Positions 1 to 10,662 of a DNA stretch of 64,000 bases are shown piece by piece (positions within the stretch are counted from its first letter, which is position 1; each line of letters starts with the position of its first letter). The notes under the pieces were generated by a model. That model was not told the DNA's origin. It saw nothing but the letters and a program-made list of their open reading frames with translations, and made no database searches. Position numbers and translations under genes: made by a program. Source of the stretch: an uncultured Bifidobacteriaceae bacterium (GTDB lineage: Bacteria > Actinomycetota > Actinomycetes > S36-B12); assembly GCA_964597445.1 (NCBI GenBank), contig CAZQXO010000004.1:19642-83641 (forward strand), given 5' to 3'.

Positions 1-727
1 ACTTGAAGAGCATGATCTCATCAGCGGCATGCTGCAGGGTGTTGAAGACGTAGTTGATCTCACCCTGTCCGGCAGTGCCGACCTCGTGATGCGAACGCTC
101 GACCTTCAGGCCGACCGACAGCAGCGTGGAGACCATGTCGTCGCGGATGTCGGCGAAGTGGTCGACCGGGGGAACGGGGAAGTAGCCACCCTTGTAGCGC
201 GTCTTGTAGCCGCGGTTGCCGCCCTCCTCGACGCGACCGGTGTTCCAAGCCCCCTCGATGGAGTCGATGTGGTAGTACGACTCGTGCTGGTTCGAATCGA
301 AGCGGATGTCGTCGAAGACGTAGAACTCGGCCTCAGGGCCGAAGTAGACCGTGTCGGCGATGCCCGTCGACTTGAGGTAGGCCTCCGCCTTCGCCGCGAC
401 ATTGCGGGGGTCGCGTGAGTACTCCTCGTTCGTGTACGGGTCCCGGATCGAGAAGTTCATGACCAGGGTCTTGGCCGGTCGGAACGGATCGATGAACGCC
501 GTCTTCGGGTCCGGGATGAGCTTCATGTCCGACTCGTGGATCGCCTGGAAGCCGCGGATCGACGACCCATCGAACATCAGGCCGTCATCGAACACGGCCT
601 GATTGAAGGATTCGACCGGCATGTTGAAGTGCTGCATGACGCCGGGGAGATCGATGAAGCGCACATCGACGAACTTGACGCCCTCGTCCTTGATGTACCG
701 CAGGACCTCATCTGAATTGCTGAACAT
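1..727 (-). CDS. glnA: Glutamine synthetase type I, N-terminal ~242 codons (3' end runs off the window start)
   Basis: Reverse-strand translation from ATG at 727 reads [41 protein letters not shown]...DGSSIRGFQ...[11 protein letters not shown], a classic GSI N-terminal half. It is absent from the ORF track only because it is truncated by the window edge. Confidence 0.95.
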   Translation of the reverse strand, partial: MFSNSDEVLRYIKDEGVKFVDVRFIDLPGVMQHFNMPVESFNQAVFDDGLMFDGSSIRGFQAIHESDMKLIPDPKTAFIDPFRPAKTLVMNFSIRDPYTNEEYSRDPRNVAAKAEAYLKSTGIADTVYFGPEAEFYVFDDIRFDSNQHESYYHIDSIEGAWNTGRVEEGGNRGYKTRYKGGYFPVPPVDHFADIRDDMVSTLLSVGLKVERSHHEVGTAGQGEINYVFNTLQHAADEIMLFK

Positions 728-870
728 GACACCTCCTGCTCGCTCGAGCGAGCTCTTGTCGTGCGCCTCTCGGCGCTTCGCCTCGCGCGGGTGGGACCCG
801 CCGGATCGGCTGCGGATGCGGCCGATGCCCCGACGCTAGGAAAGGGCGGTATCTGGGGCGTATCCCTCTT

Positions 871-887
871 GTTTCGCTCGTGTTAAC
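871..887 (-). promoter_or_regulatory. Candidate GlnR box upstream of glnA
   Basis: The minus strand reads GTTAAC-ACGAGC-GAAAC, i.e. tTaAC-n6-GAAAC versus the actinobacterial GlnR half-site pattern gTnAC-n6-GaAAC. It lies about 145-160 nt upstream of the glnA ATG. By-eye motif match only. Confidence 0.3.
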
Positions 888-908
888 GGTCGCGGGTACC
901 GTGTCAGC

Positions 909-1307
909 GTGAGCGGCGCGGGGCAGATGGTGAACGGGGATCTCGGAGGCGAGCCGGGGGGCCTGACGAGGCGCGTGGCGGCCCTGATGGTCGACTGGCT
1001 GGCGTGCTACGCCGTCGCCATCGTCGTCGCCGGACCGGCCGGGTTCTCCTCGAACGGAACGGCCCTGGCGACCTTGGCCATCTTCTTCCTCGAGGTGACG
1101 CTGCTCACATGGCTCTCCGCGGCGTCCTTCGGCCAGCGCATCCTGCGGCTCACGGTCGTTCGTCTGGGGGGTGGCCGTCTCGGCCTCCTGCGCACAGCAG
1201 TGCGAACGCTCCTGATCTGCCTGGTCCTTCCCCCGCTCGTCATGGACTCCGACGGGCGTGGTCTCCAGGATCGCGCCGTGGGATCGATCGTCCTGCGTCG
1301 AGGCTGA
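909..1307 (+). CDS. RDD-family small membrane protein
   Basis: ORF track 909..1307. Hydrophobic multi-TM protein with an RDD-type pattern (RRVAALMVDW...FGQRILRL...LQDRAVGSIV). Occupies the Rv2219A position beside glnA. Confidence 0.7.
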   Translation: MSGAGQMVNGDLGGEPGGLTRRVAALMVDWLACYAVAIVVAGPAGFSSNGTALATLAIFFLEVTLLTWLSAASFGQRILRLTVVRLGGGRLGLLRTAVRTLLICLVLPPLVMDSDGRGLQDRAVGSIVLRRG

Positions 1308-1346
1308 CCGCCCCGCTACGCGCCTGTTCCCGGGGCGCTTCGCCCG

Positions 1347-2027
1347 CTACACGCCGCGCTGCCGCCGCACGGACCTCGTACTCGTCGGCATCGGCCCCTT
1401 CGGGATCGGCATCGACGATGCAGCGTTGCCCAGGGCGTCCAAGCGGCGACGCACCTCCGTGACCTCGCCACCGCGAAGGTTCCGCGGGAGCTTGCGGAGG
1501 GACTTCTGCAACTGCCTCAGCGATACCTGGTCCTCGCCCTGACCCACCTGGATCTCATAGATCGGCACCTCGGGCAGCCAGCGAGCCGTGCGCTTGCGCT
1601 CGTTGCCGAGCATCGGCCCGATCCGCGACGCAGGGCCCTCGCCGACGAGGATGACACCGGGCTTGCCCACCACGCGGCTGACCATGTCCTGGCTCTTGTT
1701 CACGGCCACGGCGGGCGTGACGAGCCAGTTGCCCCCACGCAGGGACTGGATGACGGCCACGGCCGCGCCGGGCTGGCCTTCGATCTGCGAGTACGCGGCA
1801 CTCATGGCGCGCTTGCTGAACCAGTACGTGGCGGCCAGGAGTCCCACGGGGAGGCCCAGCAGGATGCCGGTCGGCCAGTTGAGCCACAGCCCGACGGGAA
1901 CGGCGACGATCACGGCCGCCCCGAGGAAGAGGCCTCCGACCTCCAGGGGGAGGGCGCGGTAGACCTTCTGGGTCATGCGCCAGTTCTGGGCGAGGGAGGT
2001 GAACGTGGAGCGAATGCGGCCGGCCAT
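1347..2027 (-). CDS. DUF4191-family membrane protein (Rv2219-like)
   Basis: ORF 1347..2078 trimmed to ATG 2027 (MAGRIRSTF, AAGG about 9 nt upstream), because the longer form would overlap lipA. Two TM helices followed by a soluble domain. Conserved synteny after lipA. Confidence 0.75.
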   Translation of the reverse strand: MAGRIRSTFTSLAQNWRMTQKVYRALPLEVGGLFLGAAVIVAVPVGLWLNWPTGILLGLPVGLLAATYWFSKRAMSAAYSQIEGQPGAAVAVIQSLRGGNWLVTPAVAVNKSQDMVSRVVGKPGVILVGEGPASRIGPMLGNERKRTARWLPEVPIYEIQVGQGEDQVSLRQLQKSLRKLPRNLRGGEVTEVRRRLDALGNAASSMPIPKGPMPTSTRSVRRQRGV

Positions 2028-2058
2028 GGACGAAACCTTAGATGAGGGGGGTGCCTGA

Positions 2059-2991
2059 TCAGGCGGGCGTCTGGGCACGCGCCGCCATGGCCTGCTCGTA
2101 CAGGCGCCCGGCGCGGTAGCTCGATCGGACGAGGGGGCCGCTCATGACACCCGTGAAGCCCAGGTCCGTCGCGGTCTCGGCGAGGTCGACGAACTCCTCC
2201 GGGCGCACCCACCGCTCGACCGGATGGTGCCGGGGCGTGGGCCGCAGGTACTGAGTGATCGTGACCAGGTCGCAGCCCGCGGCCACGAGGTCGGCCAGGG
2301 CCTCGTGGACCTCCTCGATCGTCTCGCCCATGCCGAGGATCAGGTTGCTCTTGGTCACCAGCCCCGCCGCGCGGGCTTGGGTGATCACGTCCAGGCTGCG
2401 CTCGTAGGTGAACGCGGGGCGGATCCGCTTGAACAGCCGTGGCACAGTCTCGAGGTTGTGGGCCAGGACCTCCGGCTCGGCTGCGAACACCTGCCCGAGT
2501 AGATCCGGCTCTCCGCTGAAGTCCGGAATCAGGACCTCGACTCCGGTACCGGGGTTCAGGGCATGGATGTCGCGCACGGTCTGCGCATACAGCCACGCAC
2601 CCTGGTCGGGCAGGTCGTCACGAGCAACACCGGTGACCGTCGCGTAGCGCAGGCCCATCGTGCGCACGCTCTCAGCCACCCGGCGAGGCTCGTCGACGTC
2701 CAGCGGCGCCGGACGGCCCGTGTCGATCTGGCAGAAGTCGCACCGGCGCGTGCACTGCTCGCCACCGATCAGGAACGTGGCCTCACGGTCCTCCCAGCAC
2801 TCGTAGATGTTGGGGCAGCCGGCCTCCTGGCACACGGTATGGAGGCCCTCGGACTTCACCAGCGCGTGGATCTGCGAGTACTCCGGGCCGGTCTTCAGCT
2901 TCGTGCGGATCCACTCGGGCTTGCGCTCGATCGGCACCTCCGCATTGCGCGCCTCGATCCGCAGCAGCTTCCGGCCATCGGGGCTCACCAT
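2059..2991 (-). CDS. lipA: Lipoyl synthase
   Basis: ORF 2059..3288 trimmed to ATG 2991 ([31 protein letters not shown]). Radical-SAM motif CTRRCDFC plus the auxiliary-cluster motif CQEAGCPN. Confidence 0.95.
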   Translation of the reverse strand: MVSPDGRKLLRIEARNAEVPIERKPEWIRTKLKTGPEYSQIHALVKSEGLHTVCQEAGCPNIYECWEDREATFLIGGEQCTRRCDFCQIDTGRPAPLDVDEPRRVAESVRTMGLRYATVTGVARDDLPDQGAWLYAQTVRDIHALNPGTGVEVLIPDFSGEPDLLGQVFAAEPEVLAHNLETVPRLFKRIRPAFTYERSLDVITQARAAGLVTKSNLILGMGETIEEVHEALADLVAAGCDLVTITQYLRPTPRHHPVERWVRPEEFVDLAETATDLGFTGVMSGPLVRSSYRAGRLYEQAMAARAQTPA

Positions 2992-3644
2992 GAGACCAGC
3001 CTCCCGAGATGCCCCTCCACGACCGGCAGGATCTCCTGCACCGTGACGTCGCGCCCCAGCTCCTTGCTCAAGGTCGTGACGGAAGCGTCGGTGATCCCGC
3101 ACGGGACGATGCGGTCGAACCACGACAGGTCGTTGTCGCAGTTCAGGGCGAATCCATGCATGGTGACACCCTCGGTCACTCGCACGCCGATCGCCGCGAT
3201 CTTGCGCTCGGGACCCCGTTCGTCGGCGTCCACCCACACTCCGCTGCGACCGCAGACCAGCTTCGTCGGCACGCCGAGCTCGGCGCACACGGCGACCAGC
3301 ATGGCCTCGATGCGCCGCACGTGATCGACCACCGCCATGCGATCCGGCAGGCGCAGGATCGGGTAGCCGACCAACTGCCCGGGTCCATGCCAGGTGATCT
3401 TCCCGCCCCGATCGACGTCGATCACGGGCGTGCCGTCCATGGGCCGCTCGAACGGCTCCGTCCGGCGACCCGCGGTGTAGACGGGAGGGTGCTCGAGCAG
3501 CAGCACGGTGTCGGGGGATCGACCCGCGACCACGTCCGCGTGGAGTTCCCGCTGGAGATCCCAGGCCCGCTGGTAGTCGACCGCATCTGCGCCGAATCCG
3601 ATGCGCTCCACTGCGACGGTGGGCAGAGCCGACGGCGGGGCCAT
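2985..3644 (-). CDS. lipB: Octanoyltransferase (lipoyl(octanoyl) transferase)
   Basis: ORF 2985..3992 trimmed to ATG 3644 ([17 protein letters not shown]). Motifs [25 protein letters not shown] and PCGI. Overlaps the lipA start by 7 nt. Confidence 0.93.
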   Translation of the reverse strand: MAPPSALPTVAVERIGFGADAVDYQRAWDLQRELHADVVAGRSPDTVLLLEHPPVYTAGRRTEPFERPMDGTPVIDVDRGGKITWHGPGQLVGYPILRLPDRMAVVDHVRRIEAMLVAVCAELGVPTKLVCGRSGVWVDADERGPERKIAAIGVRVTEGVTMHGFALNCDNDLSWFDRIVPCGITDASVTTLSKELGRDVTVQEILPVVEGHLGRLVSW

Positions 3645-3672
3645 GGGGCCAGTGTAGGTCGCAGGCACGGCA

Positions 3673-4938
3673 CTACCGCCTGGCGGTGAGGCGCAGGTGG
3701 GCGAGGGCGGCATCGGCGGCGCGCCGTCCACTGACCATGGCCCCCTGGATCGACGCGGTGTCGCGGTGGTCCCCGGCCACGATGAGGCCGTCCTCGAGGA
3801 CCACCGGCTTGCGGATATCGAGGGGGACCTCCATGGCCGGGAGTGCGTAGGCGATCGGGTAGGTGCCGACGAGGCCCCACCGTGCAGTGTCGACTCCGTA
3901 CATCTGCGCCAGGTGTCGGCGGACGGCGCGTTCGGTGTCAGAGTCGGCGTGACGGCCCAGGGCCGATGCCGACACCAGGGTGCGACCGCCACTCGCGTAG
4001 GACGGGGCCGCGTGGGTGAGCACCACCGTGTTGATCACCGGTCCGCGAGCTCGGCGTCCGTCGACGACGAGAACGGGTTCACCGTGCGTGAGCGCGCGGG
4101 GATCCGTGTCGGCGAGGTAGTACCACGTCGTGACGTCACGCCCGGTCGGGACGGAGAGCCCCGGAAGCAGGGAGGCCGCAGTTCGAGGGTCGGTGGCGAC
4201 GATCACTGCATCGGCCGTGACCTCGCCATGGTCGTGCCGCACCCGCCCCGCGCTGACCTGCTCGACCGGGATGCCCGTCGTGACAGTCCCGGCCGGCAGC
4301 CCGTCTCGCAGCTGCTCCGGGATGGCCTGCATGCCCTGGGCGGGGACGCTCGGCACCCCGCGCGTGAAGCTGGTGAGGACGAGGTCGAGAAAGCGTCGGG
4401 AGGTGGTGAGCCTGTCCTCGAGGAACACACCGGTGAGGAAGGGCCGGATCACGGTCTCGAGCAGTCGTGCGTCGACTCCTGCCGACAGCAGGGCCACGTC
4501 GCTCGGCATGTCCGTGCGCTCCGCACGACCGAGCGGACCGGCCTGAGCGGCGCGCCAGGCGTACAGGGCGAAGCGGAGCTTGCCCATGAGGGTGCCCGAT
4601 CGGGATGCGAGGGCATCGGTCGCCCAGGTCGGCTGGCGTCGCGGGTCCGCCAGGCGGGCAGGTCCGCGGTCGGTCAGCGCGATCAGGCCGGGAGTGAAGG
4701 GACGCAGGTCCAGCGCGTCATGATCGAGGACGCGGGCAGCCTCCGGGTAGGCCGGGTTGTACAGCTGGAAGCCGTGATCGAGCAGGAGCCCATCGATCCG
4801 ATCGGTTCGTACGCGGCCGCCGACGGACTCGTTCGCCTCGAGGACCGCGACGTCGATGCCCGCGGCCGCGAGCCTTCGTGCGGCGGCGAGGCCGGCGAGG
4901 CCGGCACCGACGATGACGACGTCGTGATGGGTCGTCAT
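3673..4938 (-). CDS. NAD(P)/FAD-dependent oxidoreductase (amine-oxidase / phytoene-desaturase-like), substrate unknown
   Basis: ORF 3673..5412 trimmed to ATG 4938 ([23 protein letters not shown]...[11 protein letters not shown]). Dinucleotide-binding fold at the N-terminus. Confidence 0.8.
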   Translation of the reverse strand: MTTHHDVVIVGAGLAGLAAARRLAAAGIDVAVLEANESVGGRVRTDRIDGLLLDHGFQLYNPAYPEAARVLDHDALDLRPFTPGLIALTDRGPARLADPRRQPTWATDALASRSGTLMGKLRFALYAWRAAQAGPLGRAERTDMPSDVALLSAGVDARLLETVIRPFLTGVFLEDRLTTSRRFLDLVLTSFTRGVPSVPAQGMQAIPEQLRDGLPAGTVTTGIPVEQVSAGRVRHDHGEVTADAVIVATDPRTAASLLPGLSVPTGRDVTTWYYLADTDPRALTHGEPVLVVDGRRARGPVINTVVLTHAAPSYASGGRTLVSASALGRHADSDTERAVRRHLAQMYGVDTARWGLVGTYPIAYALPAMEVPLDIRKPVVLEDGLIVAGDHRDTASIQGAMVSGRRAADAALAHLRLTARR

Positions 4939-5834
4939 GACCCCTCGGCGAGCGCGGCGCGGATGGCCGACTCGATCGTGCGATCCGCGAAGGGGAAGCC
5001 GCGGGACTCGAGCACCTCGGGCATGACGCGCGAACTGCCCAGGACCTCGGTGGAGAACTCGCCCAGAACGGCCTTCAGGGCGAAGGCCGGTGCAGGAAGG
5101 ATGGTGGGGCGCCCTAGAACGCGGCCCATCGTGGCGGTGACCTCGGCGTTGGTCACGGGATCCGGGCCGGTGAGGTTGACGGGCCCGACGTAGGAGTCGT
5201 CCTCGACGAGAGCCTGCAGTGCGGTGACCTCGTCGCGCAGGGAGATCCAGGACCAGTACTGCCGGCCGTTGCCCAGCTTCCCGCCGAGCCCAGCCTTGAA
5301 CAGCGGGAACATGCGGGCCCACGCACCGCCCTTGCCCGACACGACCAGCCCGGTGCGGGGGTGGACGACGCGAATCCCCGCCGATGCCGCAGGCGCGGCG
5401 GCTGCCTCCCATGCGCGCACGACATCGGCGAGGAATCCGGTGCCTGCGGGAGCGGTCTCGTCGACCTTGCGGTCGCCGGTGTCGCCGTACCAGCCGATGG
5501 CCGACGCCGAGACGAGGACGCGTGGCTTGGGGTCGAGGGCGGTGATGGCGCGCACGATCGTGGCGGTGCCGTTCACCCGACTGTCGAGGATCTCCCGCTT
5601 GTAGTCATCCGTCCATCGATGATCGCCGACGCCGGCTCCGGCCAGATGAACGACAGCGTCAGTGCCGGCCAAGCGCACGAGGTCGACCGAGCCCGTCGTG
5701 GGATCCCACGAGATCTCATCCGCGGCCGAGGTCGGACGACGCACGAGGCGCACGACCTCATGACCTCCGGCCCGCAGGTGGGGCACGAGGGCCGAACCGA
5801 TGAGTCCTGACGCTCCAGTGACGGCGATCTTCAT
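4935..5834 (-). CDS. TIGR01777/YfcH-like SDR epimerase-family protein
   Basis: MKIAVTGASGLIGSAL Rossmann motif and a DUF1731-type C-terminal tail. 4-nt overlap with the downstream CDS. Occupies the Rv2216 position after the E2 gene. Confidence 0.85.
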   Translation of the reverse strand: MKIAVTGASGLIGSALVPHLRAGGHEVVRLVRRPTSAADEISWDPTTGSVDLVRLAGTDAVVHLAGAGVGDHRWTDDYKREILDSRVNGTATIVRAITALDPKPRVLVSASAIGWYGDTGDRKVDETAPAGTGFLADVVRAWEAAAAPAASAGIRVVHPRTGLVVSGKGGAWARMFPLFKAGLGGKLGNGRQYWSWISLRDEVTALQALVEDDSYVGPVNLTGPDPVTNAEVTATMGRVLGRPTILPAPAFALKAVLGEFSTEVLGSSRVMPEVLESRGFPFADRTIESAIRAALAEGS

Positions 5835-5900
5835 GACGCAAGCATCCCGCGGAGACAGCCGGAACGCACCTTCACGTGCGTCGACTCGCGCCCTGAGGGA

Positions 5901-7610
5901 TCAGAGTCCGAGCTCCGCCTCGAAGGAGGCGTCCTCCAGTCGGCTCTTGATCGCTCCCAGGAAGCGGGCGGCATCGGCACCATCGACGATCCGGTGGTCG
6001 TACGTCAGTGCGAGATAGACCATTGACCGGATGGCGATGACGTCCTGGCCCTCATCGGTGATCACGACCGGACGCTTGACCACCGCGCCCGTGCCGAGGA
6101 TGGCCACCTGAGGCTGGTTGATGATCGGAGTGTCGAAGAGCGCCCCGCGACTGCCCGTGTTCGTCACCGTGAAGGTTCCCCCGCTGAGCTCGTCCGGGGA
6201 CATCTTGTTGGTGCGTGTGCGTTCCGCAAGATCAGCGATGCGTCGCGCGAGCCCTGCGATGTTGAGATCGCCCGCATCACGAATGACGGGCACGAGAAGA
6301 CCGCGGTCGCTGTCGACGGCGATGCCGAGGTGCTCGCCCTCGTGGTACGTGATCGTGCCGTCGACCATGTTGACGGACGCGTTGACCTGCGGGAACTGCT
6401 TGAGAGCCTCGACGGCTGCCTTGCAGAAGAACGGGAGGAACGAGAGTCCCACGCCCTCGCGCGCGGCGAACTCCTTCTTCACGCGAGCGCGCAGCTGGGC
6501 GATTCGCGTCACGTCCACCTCGACCACGGTGGTGAGCTGGGCCGACACCTGCAGCGACTCGAGCATGCGCTCGGCGATCACCCTGCGCAGCCGGCTCATC
6601 TTCTCCGTGCGACCACGCAGCGCGCTGGGAGCCGGTGGGGTCGCGCTCGCAGGCACAGGCGCGGACACGGGCGCTGCCGGCGCAGCCGGGGCGGCAGGTG
6701 CAGGGGTGCTGACGCGGGCCTTCTGGTCGATGGCGGCCTGAAGGACGTCGGACTTGCGGATCCGACCGCCGATGCCGGTGCCCACGACCGTGGCCAGGTC
6801 GACCCCGTGCTGCGACGCGAGTCGGCGAACGAGCGGCGTGACGTAGGCGTCAGAGTTGTCTGCTGCCTCGGTGGCGGCTGCGGACGTAGCCACCACCGGC
6901 GCGGCGGGCGCGGGTGCCGTGGGCGGGGCTGGTGCTACCGCGGGTGCGGGCGGTGCTGCGGGCGCAGGCGCGCCCACGGCTCCGATCGAGCCGAGCACGG
7001 CACCCACGGCGACCGTGGAGTCCTCAGGGACGTCGATGGAGAGCAGGACGCCTGCGACGGGGGAGGGGATCTCGGTGTCGACCTTGTCGGTGGAGACCTC
7101 GAGCAGGGGCTCGTCGACGGCGACGGTGTCGCCGACGGACTTGAGCCACCGGGTGACGGTGCCCTCGGTGACGCTCTCGCCCAGGGCCGGCATCACGACG
7201 GGTGTGGCAGCACCGGAGGTGGGTGCCGGTGTCGGTGCAGGGGTCGGGGCCGGAGTCGGGGCCGGAGTCGGGGCCGGGGTGGCGACCGGAGCGGGGGCAG
7301 CGGGCGCAGCGGCCGGCGGCTCGGGTGTCGGGGCCGGCGCGGGTGCCTCCGGTGCAGGAGCCCCTGCCTCGCTGGCCTCGCCGATCGTGGCCAGGGCGGC
7401 ACCCACGGCGACGGTGGCGTCCTCAGGGACGTCGATGGAGAGCAGGACGCCTGCGACGGGGGAGGGGATCTCGGTGTCGACCTTGTCGGTGGAGACCTCG
7501 AGCAGGGGCTCGTCGACGGCGACGGTGTCGCCGACGGACTTGAGCCACCGGGTGACGGTGCCCTCGGTGACGCTCTCGCCGAGGGCGGGCATCGAGACGG
7601 TGACCGGCAT
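5901..7610 (-). CDS. sucB: Dihydrolipoamide acyl(succinyl)transferase E2 with two lipoyl domains
   Basis: ORF 5901..7670 trimmed to ATG 7610 ([24 protein letters not shown]). Two lipoyl domains ([14 protein letters not shown] twice), a peripheral subunit-binding domain ([17 protein letters not shown]) and the catalytic DHRIVDG motif. Confidence 0.95.
   Translation of the reverse strand: MPVTVSMPALGESVTEGTVTRWLKSVGDTVAVDEPLLEVSTDKVDTEIPSPVAGVLLSIDVPEDATVAVGAALATIGEASEAGAPAPEAPAPAPTPEPPAAAPAAPAPVATPAPTPAPTPAPTPAPTPAPTSGAATPVVMPALGESVTEGTVTRWLKSVGDTVAVDEPLLEVSTDKVDTEIPSPVAGVLLSIDVPEDSTVAVGAVLGSIGAVGAPAPAAPPAPAVAPAPPTAPAPAAPVVATSAAATEAADNSDAYVTPLVRRLASQHGVDLATVVGTGIGGRIRKSDVLQAAIDQKARVSTPAPAAPAAPAAPVSAPVPASATPPAPSALRGRTEKMSRLRRVIAERMLESLQVSAQLTTVVEVDVTRIAQLRARVKKEFAAREGVGLSFLPFFCKAAVEALKQFPQVNASVNMVDGTITYHEGEHLGIAVDSDRGLLVPVIRDAGDLNIAGLARRIADLAERTRTNKMSPDELSGGTFTVTNTGSRGALFDTPIINQPQVAILGTGAVVKRPVVITDEGQDVIAIRSMVYLALTYDHRIVDGADAARFLGAIKSRLEDASFEAELGL
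7001..7592. repeat. Intragenic direct repeat: two ~193-bp lipoyl-domain copies 399 bp apart (7001-7193 and 7400-7592), 161 bp perfectly identical
   Basis: Direct comparison shows 7021-7181 equals 7420-7580 base for base, with only 4 mismatches in the ~195-bp flanks. Confidence 0.95.
7231..7290. repeat. Imperfect 12-bp tandem repeat (5 units) encoding the (PAPT)n Ala/Pro linker of E2
   Basis: Units are gtcggtgcaggg, gtcggggccgga (twice), gtcggggccggg and gtggcgaccgga. The minus-strand translation reads [20 protein letters not shown]. Confidence 0.85.
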
Positions 7611-7666
7611 GGATGGTGCTCCTTCGTTCGGTCGTCGACTCGCCTTGTGGGCTGCCGACGACATCC

Positions 7667-9034
7667 TCATGCGTGGGCGTGCAGGGGCTTTCCGGCGAGC
7701 GCGAGGTGTGCCTCGCCCATCGCCTCATTCTGGGTCGGATGCGCGTGGATCAGCGTCGCGACATCGTCGGGGTACGCCTCCCAGTTGACGATGAGCTGGG
7801 CCTCGCCGATCTGCTCGCCGACACGGGAGCCGACCATGTGCACTCCGATGATCGGGCCGTCGGTGAGCTGGACCAGCTTGATGAAGCCGGTGGTGGCGAG
7901 GATCTGGCTCTTGCCGTTTCCGCCGAGGTTGTACTCGTAGACGTTGACGTTGTTCCCGTGCTTCTCGCGGGCCTCCGCCTCGGTGAGACCGACGCTGGCG
8001 ACTTCGGGCTCGCAGTAGGTGACGCGCGGGATGTTGACATCGGCGATGACGGCGGGATTCATGCCCGCGATCTCCTCGGCAACGAAGATGCCGTGCTGGA
8101 AGCCTCGGTGGGCGAGCTGCAGGCCCGGGGTGATGTCGCCGACGGCGAAGATCCCCGGAACGTTCGTGCGCTGCCGTTCGTCGACGAGCACCCACCCGCG
8201 ATCCATCGCGACACCCTGCTCCTCGTAGCCCATCCCCGCGGTGTTCGGACCGCGACCGACCGCCACGAGCAGCAGGTCGGCATCGAGCTGCGTGCCGTCC
8301 TCGAGGGTGACGTGCACCCCGGCATCGTCCTGGGTGGCCGAGGCGAACCGGACTCCGAGTGAGAAGGCGATGCCCCGCTTGCGGTAGGCGCGCTCGAGCG
8401 CCTTGGAGCAGGCCTCGTCCTCGTTGGGAACGAGGTGCGGAAGACCCTCGACGATCGTGACGTCGGAGCCGAAGGACCTCCAGACGCTGGCGAACTCCAC
8501 GCCGATGACGCCACCGCCCAGGACGATGACCTTGGCCGGAACGTAGTCGAGGTTGAGGGCCTGATCGCTCGTCATGATGCGGCCGCTGATCTCCAGGCCC
8601 GGCAGGGTGCGCGCGTAGGAGCCGGTGGCGAGGACGATGTTCTCGCCGGTGTACTGCTCACCGTTGACAGTGACGGTCTTCGGCCCCGTGAGTCGCCCCT
8701 CGCCCTCGACGAAGGTGACGTTGCGGCTCTTCACGAGCCCCTGGAGGCCCTTGTAGAGGCGGCTCACCACCCCGTCGCGGTAGGCGTTCACCGCGGGCAT
8801 GTCGATGCCCTCGAAGCTGGCCCGCACACCGAAGGCCTCGCTCTCGCGCGTGCTGTCGGCGACCTCGGCCGCATGGAGGAGCGCCTTGGTGGGGATGCAT
8901 CCGCGATGGAGGCAGGTGCCCCCGAGCTTGTCCTTGTCGATGAGGATGACGGAGAGCCCGAGCTCAGCCGCACGCAAGGCACAGGCGTAGCCGCCGCTGC
9001 CGCCCCCGAGGATGACCAGATCTGCGTGCGCCAC
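7667..9034 (-). CDS. lpd: Dihydrolipoyl dehydrogenase (E3)
   Basis: ORF 7667..9082 trimmed to GTG 9034 ([16 protein letters not shown]). Redox-active [10 protein letters not shown] and C-terminal HAHPT motif. Confidence 0.93.
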   Translation of the reverse strand: MAHADLVILGGGSGGYACALRAAELGLSVILIDKDKLGGTCLHRGCIPTKALLHAAEVADSTRESEAFGVRASFEGIDMPAVNAYRDGVVSRLYKGLQGLVKSRNVTFVEGEGRLTGPKTVTVNGEQYTGENIVLATGSYARTLPGLEISGRIMTSDQALNLDYVPAKVIVLGGGVIGVEFASVWRSFGSDVTIVEGLPHLVPNEDEACSKALERAYRKRGIAFSLGVRFASATQDDAGVHVTLEDGTQLDADLLLVAVGRGPNTAGMGYEEQGVAMDRGWVLVDERQRTNVPGIFAVGDITPGLQLAHRGFQHGIFVAEEIAGMNPAVIADVNIPRVTYCEPEVASVGLTEAEAREKHGNNVNVYEYNLGGNGKSQILATTGFIKLVQLTDGPIIGVHMVGSRVGEQIGEAQLIVNWEAYPDDVATLIHAHPTQNEAMGEAHLALAGKPLHAHA

Positions 9035-9097
9035 TGTGGACCGCTCCCGTTCGTCGTGAAGGTTCGGCCACCATCCTTCCACCGTCCGGCACGGACG

Positions 9098-10591
9098 TCA
9101 GACGGACCCCTCTGCCATCTCGGCCGCCACCTGCACGAACGTCCGAACGGCAGCCCCGGTACCGCCCTTGGGCGTGTAGCCGTAGGCGCCCTTCTCGTTG
9201 AAGGCCGGCCCGGCGATGTCGAGGTGGACCCACGGCTGCCGGTCGGGGATGAACTCCTTCAGGAAGACGCCGGCGCTGAGCATCCCGCCCAGTCGGTCGC
9301 CGATGTTCGCGATGTCCGCGACGGGGGAGTCCAGGGAGGCTCGGAGGTCCGCAGGAAGCGGCATGGGCCACACCGACTCGCCGGCTGCCTCGGCGGACGC
9401 GCAGACGCGGGAGCGCGCCTCATCCGAGTTGCTCATCACGCCGGCGATGCGGGACCCGAGAGCGATGCGCTGCGCTCCTGTCAGGGTGGCGGCATCGATG
9501 ATCAGGTCGGGCTTCTCCTCGACCGCCATGCCGAGGGCGTCGCCGAGGATCAGGCGGCCCTCGGCGTCGGTGTTCAGCACCTCGACCGTGGTCCCATCGA
9601 ACATGGTGATGACGTCACCGGGGCGCTGGGCGGTGCCGCTCGGCATGTTCTCGGCCGTCGGCACCCAGCCGGTCACGCGGACCGGCAGTCCCAGTCGCGC
9701 GATGGCCTGCACGGCGCCGATCACGGCGGCCGCACCGGCCATGTCGGCCTTCATCTCGTCCATGCTGGCAGCCGGCTTGATGGAGATGCCTCCTGTGTCG
9801 AACGTGATGCCCTTGCCGACGAGGGCCAGATGTGCGGTCGCGCCGGACGGGGCGTACTCCAGCTTCACGAGCCTCGGAGCGTGCGCGGATCCCATGCCCA
9901 CCGCGAGGATGCCGCCGCAGCCGTCGCGCTGGAGGTCCGGCACGTCCCACACCGTGACGGTCACCGGAAGGTCCTCGACTGCCGAGACGGCAGCCTCCGC
10001 CAGCTCCTGGGGGTGCAGGGCCGAGGGCGGGGTGTTGACGAGATCGCGGGCGAGGAACACGCCGTCGACGATGACCTTGGTGTCCTTGATGGCCTGCTTC
10101 TGCTCCGGTGTGGGGGACTGCGGCAGAAGGACCGTGATTCCGCGCACGGGAGCGGGGCGTCCCTTCGCGGACTTGCCGCGGAACTCGGTGAAGTCATAGG
10201 CGGCGAGAAGTGCAGCCATCGACACTGCCACCAGCACCTCGTCGTCCTCGATCGGGAGGCTGATGCTGACGCGCTTGGTCCCGACCAGGGATCGGATGGC
10301 GGAACCGACCGCGCGCATGAGGGCCTCGTGGTCGAGGCTCCCGTCGCCCAGTCCGATGCCGACGATGATCGGCGCCGACACGCCTGCGCCGCCGGGGATG
10401 CGAACGAGGTCGCCGGACTTCCCCGTCGCTCCCACGGCCGCAAGGGCGTCGGCGATCCGGGTGCGCTGGGAGGCGCTCAATCCGGGACTGGCAACGCTCG
10501 GCTTACGGCCCTTGCCGGTGGTCACGCCGACGATCAGGGCATCGGTCGCATGGGAGTGGGGCAGGCTGCTGGCGAGAACGATCGTGGTCAT
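9098..10591 (-). CDS. pepA: Leucyl aminopeptidase (M17)
   Basis: 497-aa ORF with the M17 catalytic-domain motifs VGKGITFDTGG and NTDAEGRL. Confidence 0.93.
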   Translation of the reverse strand: MTTIVLASSLPHSHATDALIVGVTTGKGRKPSVASPGLSASQRTRIADALAAVGATGKSGDLVRIPGGAGVSAPIIVGIGLGDGSLDHEALMRAVGSAIRSLVGTKRVSISLPIEDDEVLVAVSMAALLAAYDFTEFRGKSAKGRPAPVRGITVLLPQSPTPEQKQAIKDTKVIVDGVFLARDLVNTPPSALHPQELAEAAVSAVEDLPVTVTVWDVPDLQRDGCGGILAVGMGSAHAPRLVKLEYAPSGATAHLALVGKGITFDTGGISIKPAASMDEMKADMAGAAAVIGAVQAIARLGLPVRVTGWVPTAENMPSGTAQRPGDVITMFDGTTVEVLNTDAEGRLILGDALGMAVEEKPDLIIDAATLTGAQRIALGSRIAGVMSNSDEARSRVCASAEAAGESVWPMPLPADLRASLDSPVADIANIGDRLGGMLSAGVFLKEFIPDRQPWVHLDIAGPAFNEKGAYGYTPKGGTGAAVRTFVQVAAEMAEGSV

Positions 10592-10662
10592 GGCGAAACC
10601 CTAGTCACCGTCGAGTCCTCGCGGGACTGCCGAGCAGGGTGCCCCGACGCTACGGTGGCGGC

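Noticed and set aside
10592-10662. Glycine riboswitch upstream of gcvT
   Set aside because: The divergent gap to pepA is only about 47-71 nt, too short for a (tandem) glycine aptamer, and no conserved GGAGAG...CACCG-type core was seen.
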